DNA from: Terriglobia bacterium
Lineage (GTDB): Bacteria > Acidobacteriota > Terriglobia > 20CM-2-55-15
Length of the DNA stretch: 64,000 nucleotides
Assembly (NCBI GenBank): GCA_965198225.1
Contig: CBDAOY010000004.1
Coordinates: forward strand, 437,102 to 501,101
Reading direction: 5' to 3'
Positions 28,395 to 38,892 of the stretch are shown here, piece after piece. The number at the start of each line of letters is the position of its first letter. The stretch's first letter is position 1. The notes beneath the pieces were generated by a model. The model ran no database searches, was not told the DNA's origin, and saw only the letters and a list, made by a program, of their open reading frames with translations. The translations under genes were made by a program, and so were the position numbers.

Positions 28395-29336
28395 ATGCCC
28401 TCCAAGCCAACCGATCCAGAGGAAAACGAACCCGTCGAGGAACCTGGAATCGAACCGGAGTCCGATTTCTGGTCCGACCCTGCGATCGAAGATCCCGATG
28501 CGCCTGAGCGAATCCGCAGGATCCTCGAGAGCCCCGCCTACATCCGTACCGACAACGATTACAAATTCCTGCACCGCGATGAACTACGGCCCGTACGGCT
28601 TCTGCTCGAGTTCCTGAAGCCCGAGTTGATTTTTGAAGAGCACAACATCAAATCGACAATCGTGGTATTCGGGGGGACGCGGATCGTCAAGCCGACCACA
28701 GCCCGTCGAGAGGTGGAGCAGGCGCGGGTCGAGGCGGCAGCGGACCCCTCCGATGCCGCGCTCGAGCGGAAGCTGCGCGTCGCAGAACGAGTACTGGCGA
28801 AGAGCAAATACTACGACGTGGCCAGGGAGTTTGGACGCATCGTCAGCGAGTCGAGCAAGACCGCCGCGCCTTCGGATTTCATCATCACAACCGGCGGCGG
28901 ACCGGGGATCATGGAGGCGGCCAACCGGGGCGCGTTCGACGCCGGCCGGGCCACGATCGGGTTGAACATCACGCTCCCTTTGGAACAGCATCCCAATGCG
29001 TACATCACACCGGAGTTGTGTTTTCAGTTCCGCTACTTCGCCCTGCGCAAGCTGCACTTCTTGAAACGGGCAAAGGCTCTGGTCGCGTTCCCGGGAGGGT
29101 ACGGCACTTTCGATGAGCTGTTCGACGCCCTGACACTCGTCCAAACGAAAAAGATCGATCCGATGCCGATTATCCTGGTCGGAGAAGAGTTCTGGCGGGG
29201 CGCTTTCAAGGCAGACTTCCTGGAGGAAGAGGGAGTCGTCTCCCCGGGGGATGCGGACCTGGTTTCCTATGCCGAAACGGCCGAGGAGATCTGGGGCACG
29301 ATCAGGAACTGGTACGCCCGGGAAGAAAGTGAGTGA
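28395..29336 (+). CDS. LOG family protein (TIGR00730-like)
   Basis: TGGGPGIMEAANRGA, FRYFALRK, FPGGYGTFDELF. Confidence 0.92.
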   Translation: MPSKPTDPEENEPVEEPGIEPESDFWSDPAIEDPDAPERIRRILESPAYIRTDNDYKFLHRDELRPVRLLLEFLKPELIFEEHNIKSTIVVFGGTRIVKPTTARREVEQARVEAAADPSDAALERKLRVAERVLAKSKYYDVAREFGRIVSESSKTAAPSDFIITTGGGPGIMEAANRGAFDAGRATIGLNITLPLEQHPNAYITPELCFQFRYFALRKLHFLKRAKALVAFPGGYGTFDELFDALTLVQTKKIDPMPIILVGEEFWRGAFKADFLEEEGVVSPGDADLVSYAETAEEIWGTIRNWYAREESE

Positions 29337-29454
29337 AGAAGTAGCCAGCTGTCAGTAGTCGGAAGAAGTGACAGGTGACGGTCATTAAGACGTAGGCCGT
29401 CTGGCGCTCCGCGGGGACAGCGGAACGTTCCGTCAACGGCCTACGGCATACGAC

Positions 29455-30462
29455 CTACGGCCGACCCCTCTTCATCACAGGCCGATCATCATCGTCCGGG
29501 GACTCGGTCACGACGGTTTCGTCAGCTTCTGAAACGTCCGGCCGTGGCGTTCTCCGCCGCAGGCTCGGCCGACGCTCGTCGACGACGGGTGTGCGGTTAT
29601 CCAGAGCGGCCATCAGGCCTTGCACGTCGTCGAATTCTGAAGTCGTCAGCGCGTACTTGTCTTTCTGGGGAAGAACCGTTTCGATGTGTTCCTTGGTCTT
29701 GCCGATCCGATCTTCGGTCGCCGGGTGTGAGGCGAACAGGCCTGAAATGCTGCCGGGCTTCGATTTTTCCTTTGCCTGGATCTTCTCGAAGAAACTGATC
29801 ATCGCGCTCGGATCGTAGCCCGTCGCGTGCATGTACTGGATCCCCAGGAAATCGGCTTCTTCCTCGGCCTTACGCGAGAACTTCAGGAACGTCATCGGTA
29901 TCGCAAACTGTGCAACCTGCTGGGCGGCATACCCGCCGACACCGCCGAGGAATATGAGCGGGATCGTCGCGTAATTGATCAACGTGGCTTTCGATTGGTT
30001 TTCGGTGCCGTGTCTGGCGGTCACGTGGGCGATTTCATGTGCGAGAACGCCCGCCAATTCCGCCTCCTCGTCGGCCGCCAGGATCAATCCCGTGTTGACG
30101 TAGAGGTATCCGCCGGGCAGGGCGAACGCGTTGATCTCATCCGAATCGATGACCTTGACGGTGAAGGGAACCTCCGCGTCGGAATTCCGGACCAGGTTCT
30201 GAGTCACGCGGTTGACGTACTCGGTGATGGTCGGATCGTCGACGAGTTTCGCCTCTCGTTCCACGTCGGCCGCGAGCTGTCGGCCGAGTGCCATTTCTTT
30301 CTCGATGGACGAGAAGTTGATGCTTCCTTTGTTGATGTTGCGGTTCCCGATGTTCTCAACGTCGGAGTTCTTTTTCTTCTTGTCATCGGATGCGTCGGCC
30401 GGGACTGCGAGGAAGACAGTCAGAATGACCATCAAAAACGTCCGTGTGATCTTTGAAATCAT
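29455..30462 (-). CDS. M48 family metallopeptidase (exported)
   Basis: INAFALPGG, ELAGVLAHEIAH, FSRKAEEEAD, SHP. Confidence 0.93.
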   Translation of the reverse strand: MISKITRTFLMVILTVFLAVPADASDDKKKKNSDVENIGNRNINKGSINFSSIEKEMALGRQLAADVEREAKLVDDPTITEYVNRVTQNLVRNSDAEVPFTVKVIDSDEINAFALPGGYLYVNTGLILAADEEAELAGVLAHEIAHVTARHGTENQSKATLINYATIPLIFLGGVGGYAAQQVAQFAIPMTFLKFSRKAEEEADFLGIQYMHATGYDPSAMISFFEKIQAKEKSKPGSISGLFASHPATEDRIGKTKEHIETVLPQKDKYALTTSEFDDVQGLMAALDNRTPVVDERRPSLRRRTPRPDVSEADETVVTESPDDDDRPVMKRGRP

Positions 30463-30563
30463 ATTTCGCCCTCCATGCAGTGTTTGGACGTGTCAGGCGA
30501 GTTTTCGGGTGAATCAAAACCTCCAGGTCGCGGGATTTAACATTCCTTAACGGGGGCGAGGGC

Positions 30564-31034
30564 TCAGGAGAGGCGTCGGGAGTAATCTCCCATCAGCTCC
30601 ACGATACGCTCGATCCTCTGGGTTCGAGTTTCGATCCGCTTTGCCCTCGAGAGCCAGACTAGAATCTCCCGCCGACGTCCCGGAGGCTGTTCATCCAGGA
30701 CGCGGAGTGGCAGTTTCGCTCTCCGGATGGCATCGGCCAGATCGGCCGGTATGGGGAGTCTCCCGGGGTCCGGGTTGTGCGACAGCGAGAGGCGAACCAC
30801 GTCGCCCTCCTTGACACCGGCGGCCCTGCGGGTGGCACCGTTGACGAACATGCGGTGCCGTCCCTCGCCTCGCGGGATCAACGTCGCCTCGAGCGCCCGG
30901 CCGTTGAGTGTTCCGCGAACGCGGGCGTAACCTCGCGTTTGGCACTGCGAGGTGAGGGTTGGCGGGACGTCGACGCAGAAGTTCATGCCGACCCGGTAGA
31001 TCTCGGCAGAGAACCCGATAGGTTTGTCTGCCAT
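30564..31034 (-). CDS. DUF1905 + OmdA/YdeI domain protein
   Basis: VRGTLNG, IPADLADA, AKRIETRTQRI. Confidence 0.8.
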   Translation of the reverse strand: MADKPIGFSAEIYRVGMNFCVDVPPTLTSQCQTRGYARVRGTLNGRALEATLIPRGEGRHRMFVNGATRRAAGVKEGDVVRLSLSHNPDPGRLPIPADLADAIRRAKLPLRVLDEQPPGRRREILVWLSRAKRIETRTQRIERIVELMGDYSRRLS

Positions 31035-31053
31035 GGTGGAGTGAGTACCGACC

Positions 31054-33033
31054 TCAGTCTTTGTGGTAGCGTTCCAGCATCGCTTCCAACTCGCCTTTGT
31101 CGATCGGCTTGGACAGGTAGTCGTCCATCCCGGCTGCGATGCATCTCTCGCGATCGCCTTTGATTGCGTTGGCGGTCATGGCGATAATCAGCGGACGATC
31201 GTGGGCGTTCGTGCTCCGCAGGATTTCTCCGGTCGCCTCGAGCCCGTCCATCTCCGGCATCAGGACATCCATCAGGATCAGGTCGTAGGGCATTGTACGG
31301 ACGGCGTCCACGGCCTCCTTGCCGTTGGCGACGCAATCAGCCCGGTATCCCATGGTCCTGAGCATCTTCACGATGAGCTTCTGGTTGACCGTGTTGTCTT
31401 CGGCCACCAGGACGCGCGAGCGAGGGTGAGAAGCGCCCTCTTCGTCTTGCGTTTCTGCCTCGGCAGCGGAGCTTGATTTCGCACGTTCGGCTTTATCGAC
31501 CGGAATCTCGAACCAGAATGTGGAGCCGGCATCGGGTGTGCTTTCCACGCCGATCGTTCCACCCAGCCGTTCCACCCACTGCTTGGAGATTACCAGGCCG
31601 AGCCCGGCGCCTCCGTGCCTCCGCGTCAGTGAGTCGTCGACCTGGGAAAACGGCAGAAACAGCCGACCGATTGCTTCCTCAGGGATACCGATGCCCGTGT
31701 CGCGAACTGCGAACCGGATCCACCGGCGGGAGTCTGCTCCGCTCGTCGGCTCAACCCGGACGACGACTTCACCTTTGTCGGTGAACTTGATCGCATTACT
31801 CACCAGATTCATCAACACTTGACGGAGTCGTCCCGGATCGCTCCTGACGCTTGCGTCCAGAGCGTCATCCACATGGGTGTCAAACCGCAGTCCCTTCTGT
31901 GCCGCCTTGATTGCGAGGAGATCGCCGACCTCCTGGACCAAGGTCGCGAGTTCGAAGTCGATGCTCTCCAAATCGAGTTTGCCGGCCTCGATTTTCGAGA
32001 AATCGAGGATGTCGTTGATCAGCGCTAGCAGCGCGTCGGCCGAGACACGAACGGTCTCGACGTAATCTCTCTGGTCCGCGTCAAGCTCGGTGTCCAGCAG
32101 GAGGTTCGTGAAGCCCAGGATACCGTTCATCGGTGTGCGTATCTCGTGACTGACCGACGCGAGGAAGGTGCTTTTCGAACGGGTGGCCGCTTCGGCCGCA
32201 TCCCGCGCCTCCGCCAGGGCTTCGGCCTGGGCCTCGAGGCGGCGCCGGGAGTCTTCCAGTTCCTCGATATGCCGTTCCCGGTCCTGTTGGGCGGCCTTCT
32301 GCGCCGTGACGTCCCGCATAATTCCCTCTCTGTGATGCGTAGAGCCGTCCGGGTTACGCACGATCCGACCGGTCAGCGACACCCAGACCTTGCTCCGATC
32401 CTTGCGGTAGAGCTCGACCTCGACGTAGCTGACGGTGTCGCCTTCACGCTCAGCCTCCTCGATGCTCTCCCGGCGGCGCGCTGGCGTGACGAACAGCTGG
32501 CCTGGAATGTCGGTGATCGTTTCCATCAGCTCCTGCGGCGAACTGTAGCCGAGCAGACGCGCCAGGCCGTCGTTGGCCATGACGAATCGCCCTTCGGGGC
32601 TGGTTTGATAGAGGCCATCGAGCGAGTCTTCGAAGAAGTTCCTGTATGTCTCGGCTTCGTTCCCTGCGATCGTATGCTTGAGTGGGATTACCCTTCCCGC
32701 AAGGAAGATGCGTTGGGCTTCCGGATCCGGCGTGAAGTGGCAGTCGAGCCACCGATAGCGGCCGTCTTTCGATCTGAACCGGAGGTCAAAGGATGCGGGC
32801 TGGCGATCGGTCCCTGGACCTTGAAATACCGGCTGCACGCGTCTCCGGTCCTCGGGATGAACCAGGCCCACGAACTCCTGACCGATCAGATCCGGCGGCG
32901 GCAGCCCAAGCTTCGCCTGCCAGGCCGCGTTTGCCCGGATGAACCGTCCGTCCGGACCCAACAGCGCGAGCGGGTCCGGGCTGATCTGGAAGAAACGGCC
33001 GATTGTTTCGGCCTGTTGGATCCTGTCATTCAC
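31054..33033 (-). CDS. Hybrid PAS-PAS histidine kinase / receiver
   Basis: FLASVSHEIRTPMNG, NLVSNAIKFT, DTGIG, GAGLGL, ILMDVLMPEMDG. Confidence 0.95.
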   Translation of the reverse strand: MNDRIQQAETIGRFFQISPDPLALLGPDGRFIRANAAWQAKLGLPPPDLIGQEFVGLVHPEDRRRVQPVFQGPGTDRQPASFDLRFRSKDGRYRWLDCHFTPDPEAQRIFLAGRVIPLKHTIAGNEAETYRNFFEDSLDGLYQTSPEGRFVMANDGLARLLGYSSPQELMETITDIPGQLFVTPARRRESIEEAEREGDTVSYVEVELYRKDRSKVWVSLTGRIVRNPDGSTHHREGIMRDVTAQKAAQQDRERHIEELEDSRRRLEAQAEALAEARDAAEAATRSKSTFLASVSHEIRTPMNGILGFTNLLLDTELDADQRDYVETVRVSADALLALINDILDFSKIEAGKLDLESIDFELATLVQEVGDLLAIKAAQKGLRFDTHVDDALDASVRSDPGRLRQVLMNLVSNAIKFTDKGEVVVRVEPTSGADSRRWIRFAVRDTGIGIPEEAIGRLFLPFSQVDDSLTRRHGGAGLGLVISKQWVERLGGTIGVESTPDAGSTFWFEIPVDKAERAKSSSAAEAETQDEEGASHPRSRVLVAEDNTVNQKLIVKMLRTMGYRADCVANGKEAVDAVRTMPYDLILMDVLMPEMDGLEATGEILRSTNAHDRPLIIAMTANAIKGDRERCIAAGMDDYLSKPIDKGELEAMLERYHKD

Positions 33034-33059
33034 GTCTTTGACGATCCGGAAGTGACATT

Positions 33060-33842
33060 CTACTGGTTGCCTTTCGAGTCAATCGCGAACGCCGCCCCCT
33101 GTGGGTCCAGGCACTGGGCGATCCTGTCTCCTCCCGGCACGTCCATGGGTCCATTCAGGATCTGACCGCCCGCATCTTTGATCCCGCCCACCAACGCGTC
33201 GACATCCGAGACGTGGATGTAGAGCATCCAATGGGGAGGCGCCGGGATATCCGGAGTCTTGTTGAACATCCCGCCCAGCGTGACGCCCTTGCGGCCGTAC
33301 ATCTGGTAGATTCCTGGTTCACCCATGTCCATTGCCTCGGTTTTCTCCCAGCCGAAAAGAGCGGAGTAGAAAGCGAAGGCGGCCTCGTAGTCGGTCGTCA
33401 TCAGCTCGTGCCACGAGAATTCGCGCTCCTTTGGCGGTGGATCATCGCCCGGCATGTCGCCGACCGGTCTGTAGACGGCGAATATCGCCCCCTGGGGATC
33501 GCCGACGACCGCAAACCGTCCGACCTCTGCGATATCTGTTGGCTCAACGTAGGTGCTGGCTCCCAGTTCCTTGGCGCGGGCAACACTCTGATCGACGTCC
33601 GGCACGGCGACATAGGGCAGCCAGTGAGGACGAGCGCCTTGGGCCACCGTATCGTCGGGCAGTTGCATGACGCCGCCGATCGGAGTTTCGCCCACCATCC
33701 ATGTCGTGTATGGAATGCCGGCACCGTCGAAGGCTTGGGTTCCCCAACCGATGATCCGCTTGTAGAAATCCATGGCAGCCGCCGGATCGCTGGTCAGAAG
33801 TTCGTACCAGACAAAACGACCCCGCGCATCTTCGTTCGACAT
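33060..33842 (-). CDS. Two-domain VOC family protein
   Basis: FVWYEL..DPQGA repeated twice; GGAG RBS. Confidence 0.9.
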   Translation of the reverse strand: MSNEDARGRFVWYELLTSDPAAAMDFYKRIIGWGTQAFDGAGIPYTTWMVGETPIGGVMQLPDDTVAQGARPHWLPYVAVPDVDQSVARAKELGASTYVEPTDIAEVGRFAVVGDPQGAIFAVYRPVGDMPGDDPPPKEREFSWHELMTTDYEAAFAFYSALFGWEKTEAMDMGEPGIYQMYGRKGVTLGGMFNKTPDIPAPPHWMLYIHVSDVDALVGGIKDAGGQILNGPMDVPGGDRIAQCLDPQGAAFAIDSKGNQ

Positions 33843-34016
33843 GACTCCCTCCTCTCCCGTGCTTGGGCTGCGACTGTGGGGAACGACCGAATATGTTAGC
33901 AGAATGGGGTGTTTGCGCGCGGTCCGTAGGCGTCCGGCACGGGGATCTTCTACCACGGCCTCCGTCGGTACGAATCAGGGAACCTCCTCGCAATCCGGGA
34001 GTAAGTCTCAGCAGTC

Positions 34017-34284
34017 CTAGTGGCCTGTAACAGAGATAGTGACAGCGTCGCCGATGGGCCTTGCGGGTCCTCTCACGAGTAGTTGCAGAACGAAAAACGC
34101 CGGTTTCCTAGCTCTTCTTTGTGGCTGGCAAGACCCATCGTCCCTTCGGGTTGCGGCGGAACAGCACCGTCTTCGTTGTCGCGCCTTCTCGCAATGAAGC
34201 GGCATTACCTCGGGCGGCCCTCCTAGAATCCGGTACCGTTGCGCTCGCAACGCCACTATCACTCTCTCTGTTACAGGCCACGAG
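34017..34284. mobile_element. MITE-like element with 29-bp terminal inverted repeats
   Basis: CTAGTGGCCTGTAACAGAGATAGTGACAG vs CTATCACTCTCTCTGTTACAGGCCACGAG (3 mismatches); no transposase inside. Confidence 0.7.
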
Positions 34285-34372
34285 GCGAGGGCGGCGGGTA
34301 GAGGGCAAGCAGCAAAGGACCGAGAGGCCTCCAACGGATAACGGCCTACGGCCTCACGGCCAACGATTCACT

Positions 34373-35155
34373 TCAAGAACACTTGATCGCTACGGCCTGC
34401 ATCGAGGTCAGGTCGATCCGGGCCCGGTCGGGTTGGCGGATCAGGTAGCCCTTCGCCTGCATCTTGCGGCCGACGTGCTCGGTCGGGTCGAAATCTTTCA
34501 GGAAGTCCAGGCTCTGCAGGCGGAATGTCAGCTCACCCAGGGACTGGTGGATCGCGGCCTCCATCTCTTCCGCCGTGGAACTGTAGGAGCTGTCGGTCCG
34601 CGCCGGCTCGCCGCTGTCGCTCAACGTCCAGCCCCCGAGTATGTCCTCGGTGAGGCAGCCGACGACCTGGACCAGTGCGCCGCTGGGCACCGGCCGTGGC
34701 CCGTCCGACCTTTCGATTTGAACGCCGTCGAGCGTGCCCATCTCGAGTTCTTCGTGGCCCAGGGGAAATTCGTTCAAGTAAAGGAGATAGGCCACTATGT
34801 CGACGTAGGTCTCGTCGCTCAGGCTCTCGGGATTGCGGCGCGGCATGGAGGCTTTGATAAACCCGAAGAAACTCTCCAGGTCGTATTCCCGCCACCGCTC
34901 CATGAAAGCGTCGCCGATCAGCCGCGCGTCTCGATTCCCGCTGTCGACGTCGCCCCTGTGACATCTGCCGCAGTGGGTTCGGTACTCCGCCTGGCCGCGG
35001 GCCGCCTGGTTGACGGTGTAGACGCCCCGCCAGACGGTGGGATGGTCATCCGCAGTTTGCTCGGCAGGCTCCTGAATCTCCAGGGCAACACCGCGTGCGC
35101 GAGATCCGGCAAGCGAAAGAAGGAGGATCAGGAAGATCGTCAGTTTCGAGTACAT
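34373..35155 (-). CDS. Monoheme cytochrome c with C-terminal beta domain
   Basis: Signal peptide, CGRCH, MP axial-ligand motif, VQVVGCL domain. Confidence 0.87.
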   Translation of the reverse strand: MYSKLTIFLILLLSLAGSRARGVALEIQEPAEQTADDHPTVWRGVYTVNQAARGQAEYRTHCGRCHRGDVDSGNRDARLIGDAFMERWREYDLESFFGFIKASMPRRNPESLSDETYVDIVAYLLYLNEFPLGHEELEMGTLDGVQIERSDGPRPVPSGALVQVVGCLTEDILGGWTLSDSGEPARTDSSYSSTAEEMEAAIHQSLGELTFRLQSLDFLKDFDPTEHVGRKMQAKGYLIRQPDRARIDLTSMQAVAIKCS

Positions 35156-35226
35156 GTGGCTCCGGCTGGTTGTTTCCAGTCGAAGCAGATTTACCACATG
35201 TTCGGTTTGGAGTCCAATGAGGGCGA

Positions 35227-37857
35227 TCACTCCCCGCGCAGGACCCGCACCGGATCGATTCGCGACGCGCGCCGGGCAGGGTAGGCCGCCGCCAGAAATG
35301 CGACCGCCACCAGACCAAGCGCTCCTCCGACGAGCGTGGCGGGATCGGTTGCGCTGACCTCATACACAAGGGACGAGAGATAACCGCCCAGCCAGAACGC
35401 TCCGACGAGCCCGAGGGCGACGCCACCCAGAACCGGGCGGAATCCCTGCATCATGACCAGGCGCCAAACCCGCGCTTCTGGCGCTCCGAGGGCCTTCCGG
35501 ATGCCGATCTCGTGGAGTCGCTGGCTGACGGTATAGGCCAGGACTCCGTAGATCCCCGTCGCTGCCAGGAAGAGAGCGATCACCGAGAAAGTACCCATCA
35601 GGACCATGGCAAAGCGCCGGCTCGCAATACCCAGTGCGGCGACGTCTTCCATCGTGCGGACGCTGTGCACGACAAGAGTAGGATCGATCGCCGCCAGTTC
35701 CCGCCGCAGGCCGGAAAGCACGCCGCCGGCAGGAAGCTCCGTCCGCACCACCTGGTTCATCGTCCAGTTGCGGTTGTCGGCGAACTGGCTGTGTGAAACG
35801 TAGACCGTTCGCGCCGCCGGCTCCATGTAGTTCTGCCGCGTGTCCCCGACGATTCCCACGACCCTCCGCGGCGGCTGCATGCCGCCGAGCATGACAGCTT
35901 GTCCCAGTGCATCCCCGGCCGGGAAGTAAGTTTCGCTGAAGGCCCGGCTGACAACGACGACGGGTTCTGAACCCTCACGGTCCCCCTCGTCGAGCAGGCG
36001 CCCTTCCAGCAGCGCCACATCGAGGGCTTTGAAGTAGTTTCCGTCGACACACCGAATGTTGGCGTTGCCCCATCCATCTTCGTCCTCGGTCACTTCGAGT
36101 CCCAGCAGTCGAACGCCCCAGATGTAGGCCTCGCCGGTCGCGGGAAGCACCGAAATCCCGCCCGCTGCCTCCACCCCGGGAAGGGACTCCACGCGTTCGT
36201 ACAACTCGTTGTATAAAGCCGCTCGCCGATCCGGCTCCCCATAGCGTCCGTCAGGCAGGTTGACGACGTAGGTCAGGACGTCGTCTGTTCGGAAACCGAG
36301 CGGCACGTTTGCAAGCTGGGAGAAGCTTCGGATCAGGAGGCCGGCCCCAATCACTAGGATCATGGCCATCGACACCTGCGAAAGGACGAACAGCGACCGG
36401 AACCGCTGCTGTCGGATGCCACCGGTGGATCGGGGACTGCCGTCGGCCAGAAAACCGTTCAGGTTCGGGCGGGACACGTTGATGGCCGGGATGAGGCCGA
36501 AGACCAGCGCGGTGAGGAGTGACAACCCGCTCGCGAAGGCCAGGATATTCCGATCGAAGACGATGGAGTCGCTGAGCGGCAGGAAGTCGGGCCCCAGGTT
36601 GAGTAGCACCCGAACTGCGCCCAGGGCGATTGTGACTCCTCCGACGCCGGAGGCCGCCGCAAGAAGAAGGTTTTCGGTCAGCAGCTGCCGCACCAGCCGG
36701 CCCCGACCCGAACCGAGTGCCGTCCGTATCGCCAGCTCTCTTTCGCGGTTGGTCCCGCGTGCGAGGAACATGTTGGCAACGTTCGCACAGCCTATCAGGA
36801 GAACGAGGCCGACCGCTCCGAGCAGGATGTAGAGCATCGCTCGAATGCTGCCGACCAGGTCGTCGTGAAGAGCGACGAGCATACCGGTGCGACCCTGGTT
36901 GACCTCGTGCTGTTCGGCCAGTCGGGCCATCAGCCCGTCGAGCTCCCTCTGGCCTCCGATCAGGCTGGTTTCGGGCCGGAGTCGCCCGACCGCGCTGAGA
37001 TAGTGGTTGTCCCGGTGGTTCCGGCCGCCCGGCGTGAGATCCAGGGGTATCCACAAGTCGGGATGGACCCCGGTCGGTCCTCGCACTCCGCGGGGCATCA
37101 CGCCGACGACGGTGAACGGATTCCCGTCCAGTACGAGCTGTCCGCCCAGCAGCCCGGGGTCACCGCCAAAGCGCTGGCTCGAGAGTCCGTAGCTCAATAT
37201 CGCCAGCGGGGCGCCCGTTTCTTCCCTCAACTCGAATGTCCGACCGAGCATCGGCTCGACTCCCAGAACCTCGAAGAAGTTCGAACTGATCGCCAGAGAC
37301 GTGATCCGCTGAGGCAGGCCGTCTCCGCTCAGGTCAAAGCCAGTGGGCTGATAGTCATAGAGTGATGCGAGACCCTCGAAGATTCCCGAGTCCCGGATAT
37401 CGACGAAGTCGGGTGCGGTGAGGTTGCCGCCCCCGTCGATGGTTCCGTTCATCGTGCCGTAGAGGCGAAACAGCTGTTCGGGCGCTTCGAAAGGAAGTGG
37501 TCGGAGTAGAACGCCGTTCACGACACTGAAGATTGCGGTATTGGCGCCGATACCGAGGGCGAGAGTCAGAATGACGACTATCGTGAACACCTTCGCCTGC
37601 CACAGCGTTCGGATCGCGTACCTTGCGTCACGGCCGAGGATGAACACATGCTCCGACAGCGCCGTCGAGAACACGCCTTGGATGGTCCTCGACCACAGCC
37701 GGATCGGAGCGAGGCCGGACTCCTGATCGGCCTCGCTCCGCTGCTCCCGGAACACCTGTTCCATGTCCCGTCCGTAATCGTGGCGAAAATCGAACGGGAA
37801 CAGTTTCAGCAGGAATCGAAATATCCGCTCGGCGCCGCCTCGTTTCGTGTCGGGCAT
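35227..37857 (-). CDS. ADOP-type duplicated ABC permease
   Basis: LALGIGANTAIFS, LLIGCANVAN, HEIGIRKALGA; N-terminal FPFDFRHDYG extension. Confidence 0.92.
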   Translation of the reverse strand: MPDTKRGGAERIFRFLLKLFPFDFRHDYGRDMEQVFREQRSEADQESGLAPIRLWSRTIQGVFSTALSEHVFILGRDARYAIRTLWQAKVFTIVVILTLALGIGANTAIFSVVNGVLLRPLPFEAPEQLFRLYGTMNGTIDGGGNLTAPDFVDIRDSGIFEGLASLYDYQPTGFDLSGDGLPQRITSLAISSNFFEVLGVEPMLGRTFELREETGAPLAILSYGLSSQRFGGDPGLLGGQLVLDGNPFTVVGVMPRGVRGPTGVHPDLWIPLDLTPGGRNHRDNHYLSAVGRLRPETSLIGGQRELDGLMARLAEQHEVNQGRTGMLVALHDDLVGSIRAMLYILLGAVGLVLLIGCANVANMFLARGTNRERELAIRTALGSGRGRLVRQLLTENLLLAAASGVGGVTIALGAVRVLLNLGPDFLPLSDSIVFDRNILAFASGLSLLTALVFGLIPAINVSRPNLNGFLADGSPRSTGGIRQQRFRSLFVLSQVSMAMILVIGAGLLIRSFSQLANVPLGFRTDDVLTYVVNLPDGRYGEPDRRAALYNELYERVESLPGVEAAGGISVLPATGEAYIWGVRLLGLEVTEDEDGWGNANIRCVDGNYFKALDVALLEGRLLDEGDREGSEPVVVVSRAFSETYFPAGDALGQAVMLGGMQPPRRVVGIVGDTRQNYMEPAARTVYVSHSQFADNRNWTMNQVVRTELPAGGVLSGLRRELAAIDPTLVVHSVRTMEDVAALGIASRRFAMVLMGTFSVIALFLAATGIYGVLAYTVSQRLHEIGIRKALGAPEARVWRLVMMQGFRPVLGGVALGLVGAFWLGGYLSSLVYEVSATDPATLVGGALGLVAVAFLAAAYPARRASRIDPVRVLRGE

Positions 37858-37889
37858 CGGAGTCTCCTCGTCTTCTATACATCGGTCCG

Positions 37890-38282
37890 CTACGCCGGTT
37901 TCGTTCCCGGCAGCAGATTCTTCGCGCGAACCATCCGAAGGACCCCTTCCATGCGTTCGGCTTCGGCCGCGACGGCCCGGCGGCCAAGGTCGGTCAAACG
38001 GTAGTAGCGACGCCGCTCGTCGTCCAGTTCGGGATCGGGCCTTTCATCGGATTCCTGGATCATTCCGTCCGCGTAGAGTCGCCGGATGACTCCGTACAAG
38101 GTCCCAGCGCTCATTTCGACGCGCCCGTCGGTGCGTCTCTTGATTTCCTTCAGGATCGCGTAACCGTGACGCTCCCGGTCTGCCAGCGCGATCAGGACGT
38201 GGAGCATGGCCGGGGAAAGAGGCAAACGCAGTGCCGGTCCGGCTGAATTCTTTCGACGTGCCAAGTGCACCTCCAGAGACAT
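37890..38282 (-). CDS. PadR family transcriptional regulator
   Basis: HGYAILKEI, GTLYGVIRRL, RRRYYRLTDLG. Confidence 0.92.
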   Translation of the reverse strand: MSLEVHLARRKNSAGPALRLPLSPAMLHVLIALADRERHGYAILKEIKRRTDGRVEMSAGTLYGVIRRLYADGMIQESDERPDPELDDERRRYYRLTDLGRRAVAAEAERMEGVLRMVRAKNLLPGTKPA

Positions 38283-38320
38283 TCACTGTTACAGGTCACT
38301 AGTACTATTACAAGACGTAT

Positions 38321-38349
38321 ACTATATCGTTATACATAATAGTTGTCAA
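38321..38349 (-). promoter_or_regulatory. Sigma70 promoter of padR-permease operon
   Basis: Minus strand TTGACA-ACTATTATGTATAACGA(17)-TATAGT in an AT-rich patch. Confidence 0.78.
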
Positions 38350-38433
38350 CTTGACGTATGAGTGCCCGTCGTACCTGCTCGATCGATCCATCTTTTTATG
38401 ATCCCAGACTGCAACTGGCGTTATTGTCCTTCC

Positions 38434-38892
38434 ATGGGCGTCAACGTCTTCATAGAAACGATGATCGCGTGTGACCGCCAACGGGTCGCCGCGTTCGCAA
38501 CCGACCCGGCGAACGACCGGGACTGGATCGGTGGGGTCGTCGAGGCAAGGAAGCTGACCGAGGGTCCCGTCGCTATCGGGACCAGGGTTGCCCGGGTTGC
38601 CAACTTCCTCGGCCGCCGTTTCAGCTACACCCTCGAGGTGATCGACATGGAACCGGATCAGAAAGTCGTGATGACGACCAGCACGCCGTTTCCGATGATG
38701 GTTGTCTATGAGTTCGAGGGCGCGGGTCGGAACACCCTGATGCGGATCCGTGTCAGTGGCGACCCCACGGGTTTCTTCAGACTGGGCGGTCCTTTCTTAC
38801 CTCGGATGGTGCGCGGGAATGTGATGAAAGACCTTGGGCGCCTGAAGCAACGCCTGGAGAGAGGTCAGGTCAGTTCCCTGGACGCCAGCTGA
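38434..38892 (+). CDS. SRPBCC family protein
   Basis: FATDPANDRDW, GPVAIGTRV, DLGRLKQRLE. Confidence 0.85.
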   Translation: MGVNVFIETMIACDRQRVAAFATDPANDRDWIGGVVEARKLTEGPVAIGTRVARVANFLGRRFSYTLEVIDMEPDQKVVMTTSTPFPMMVVYEFEGAGRNTLMRIRVSGDPTGFFRLGGPFLPRMVRGNVMKDLGRLKQRLERGQVSSLDAS

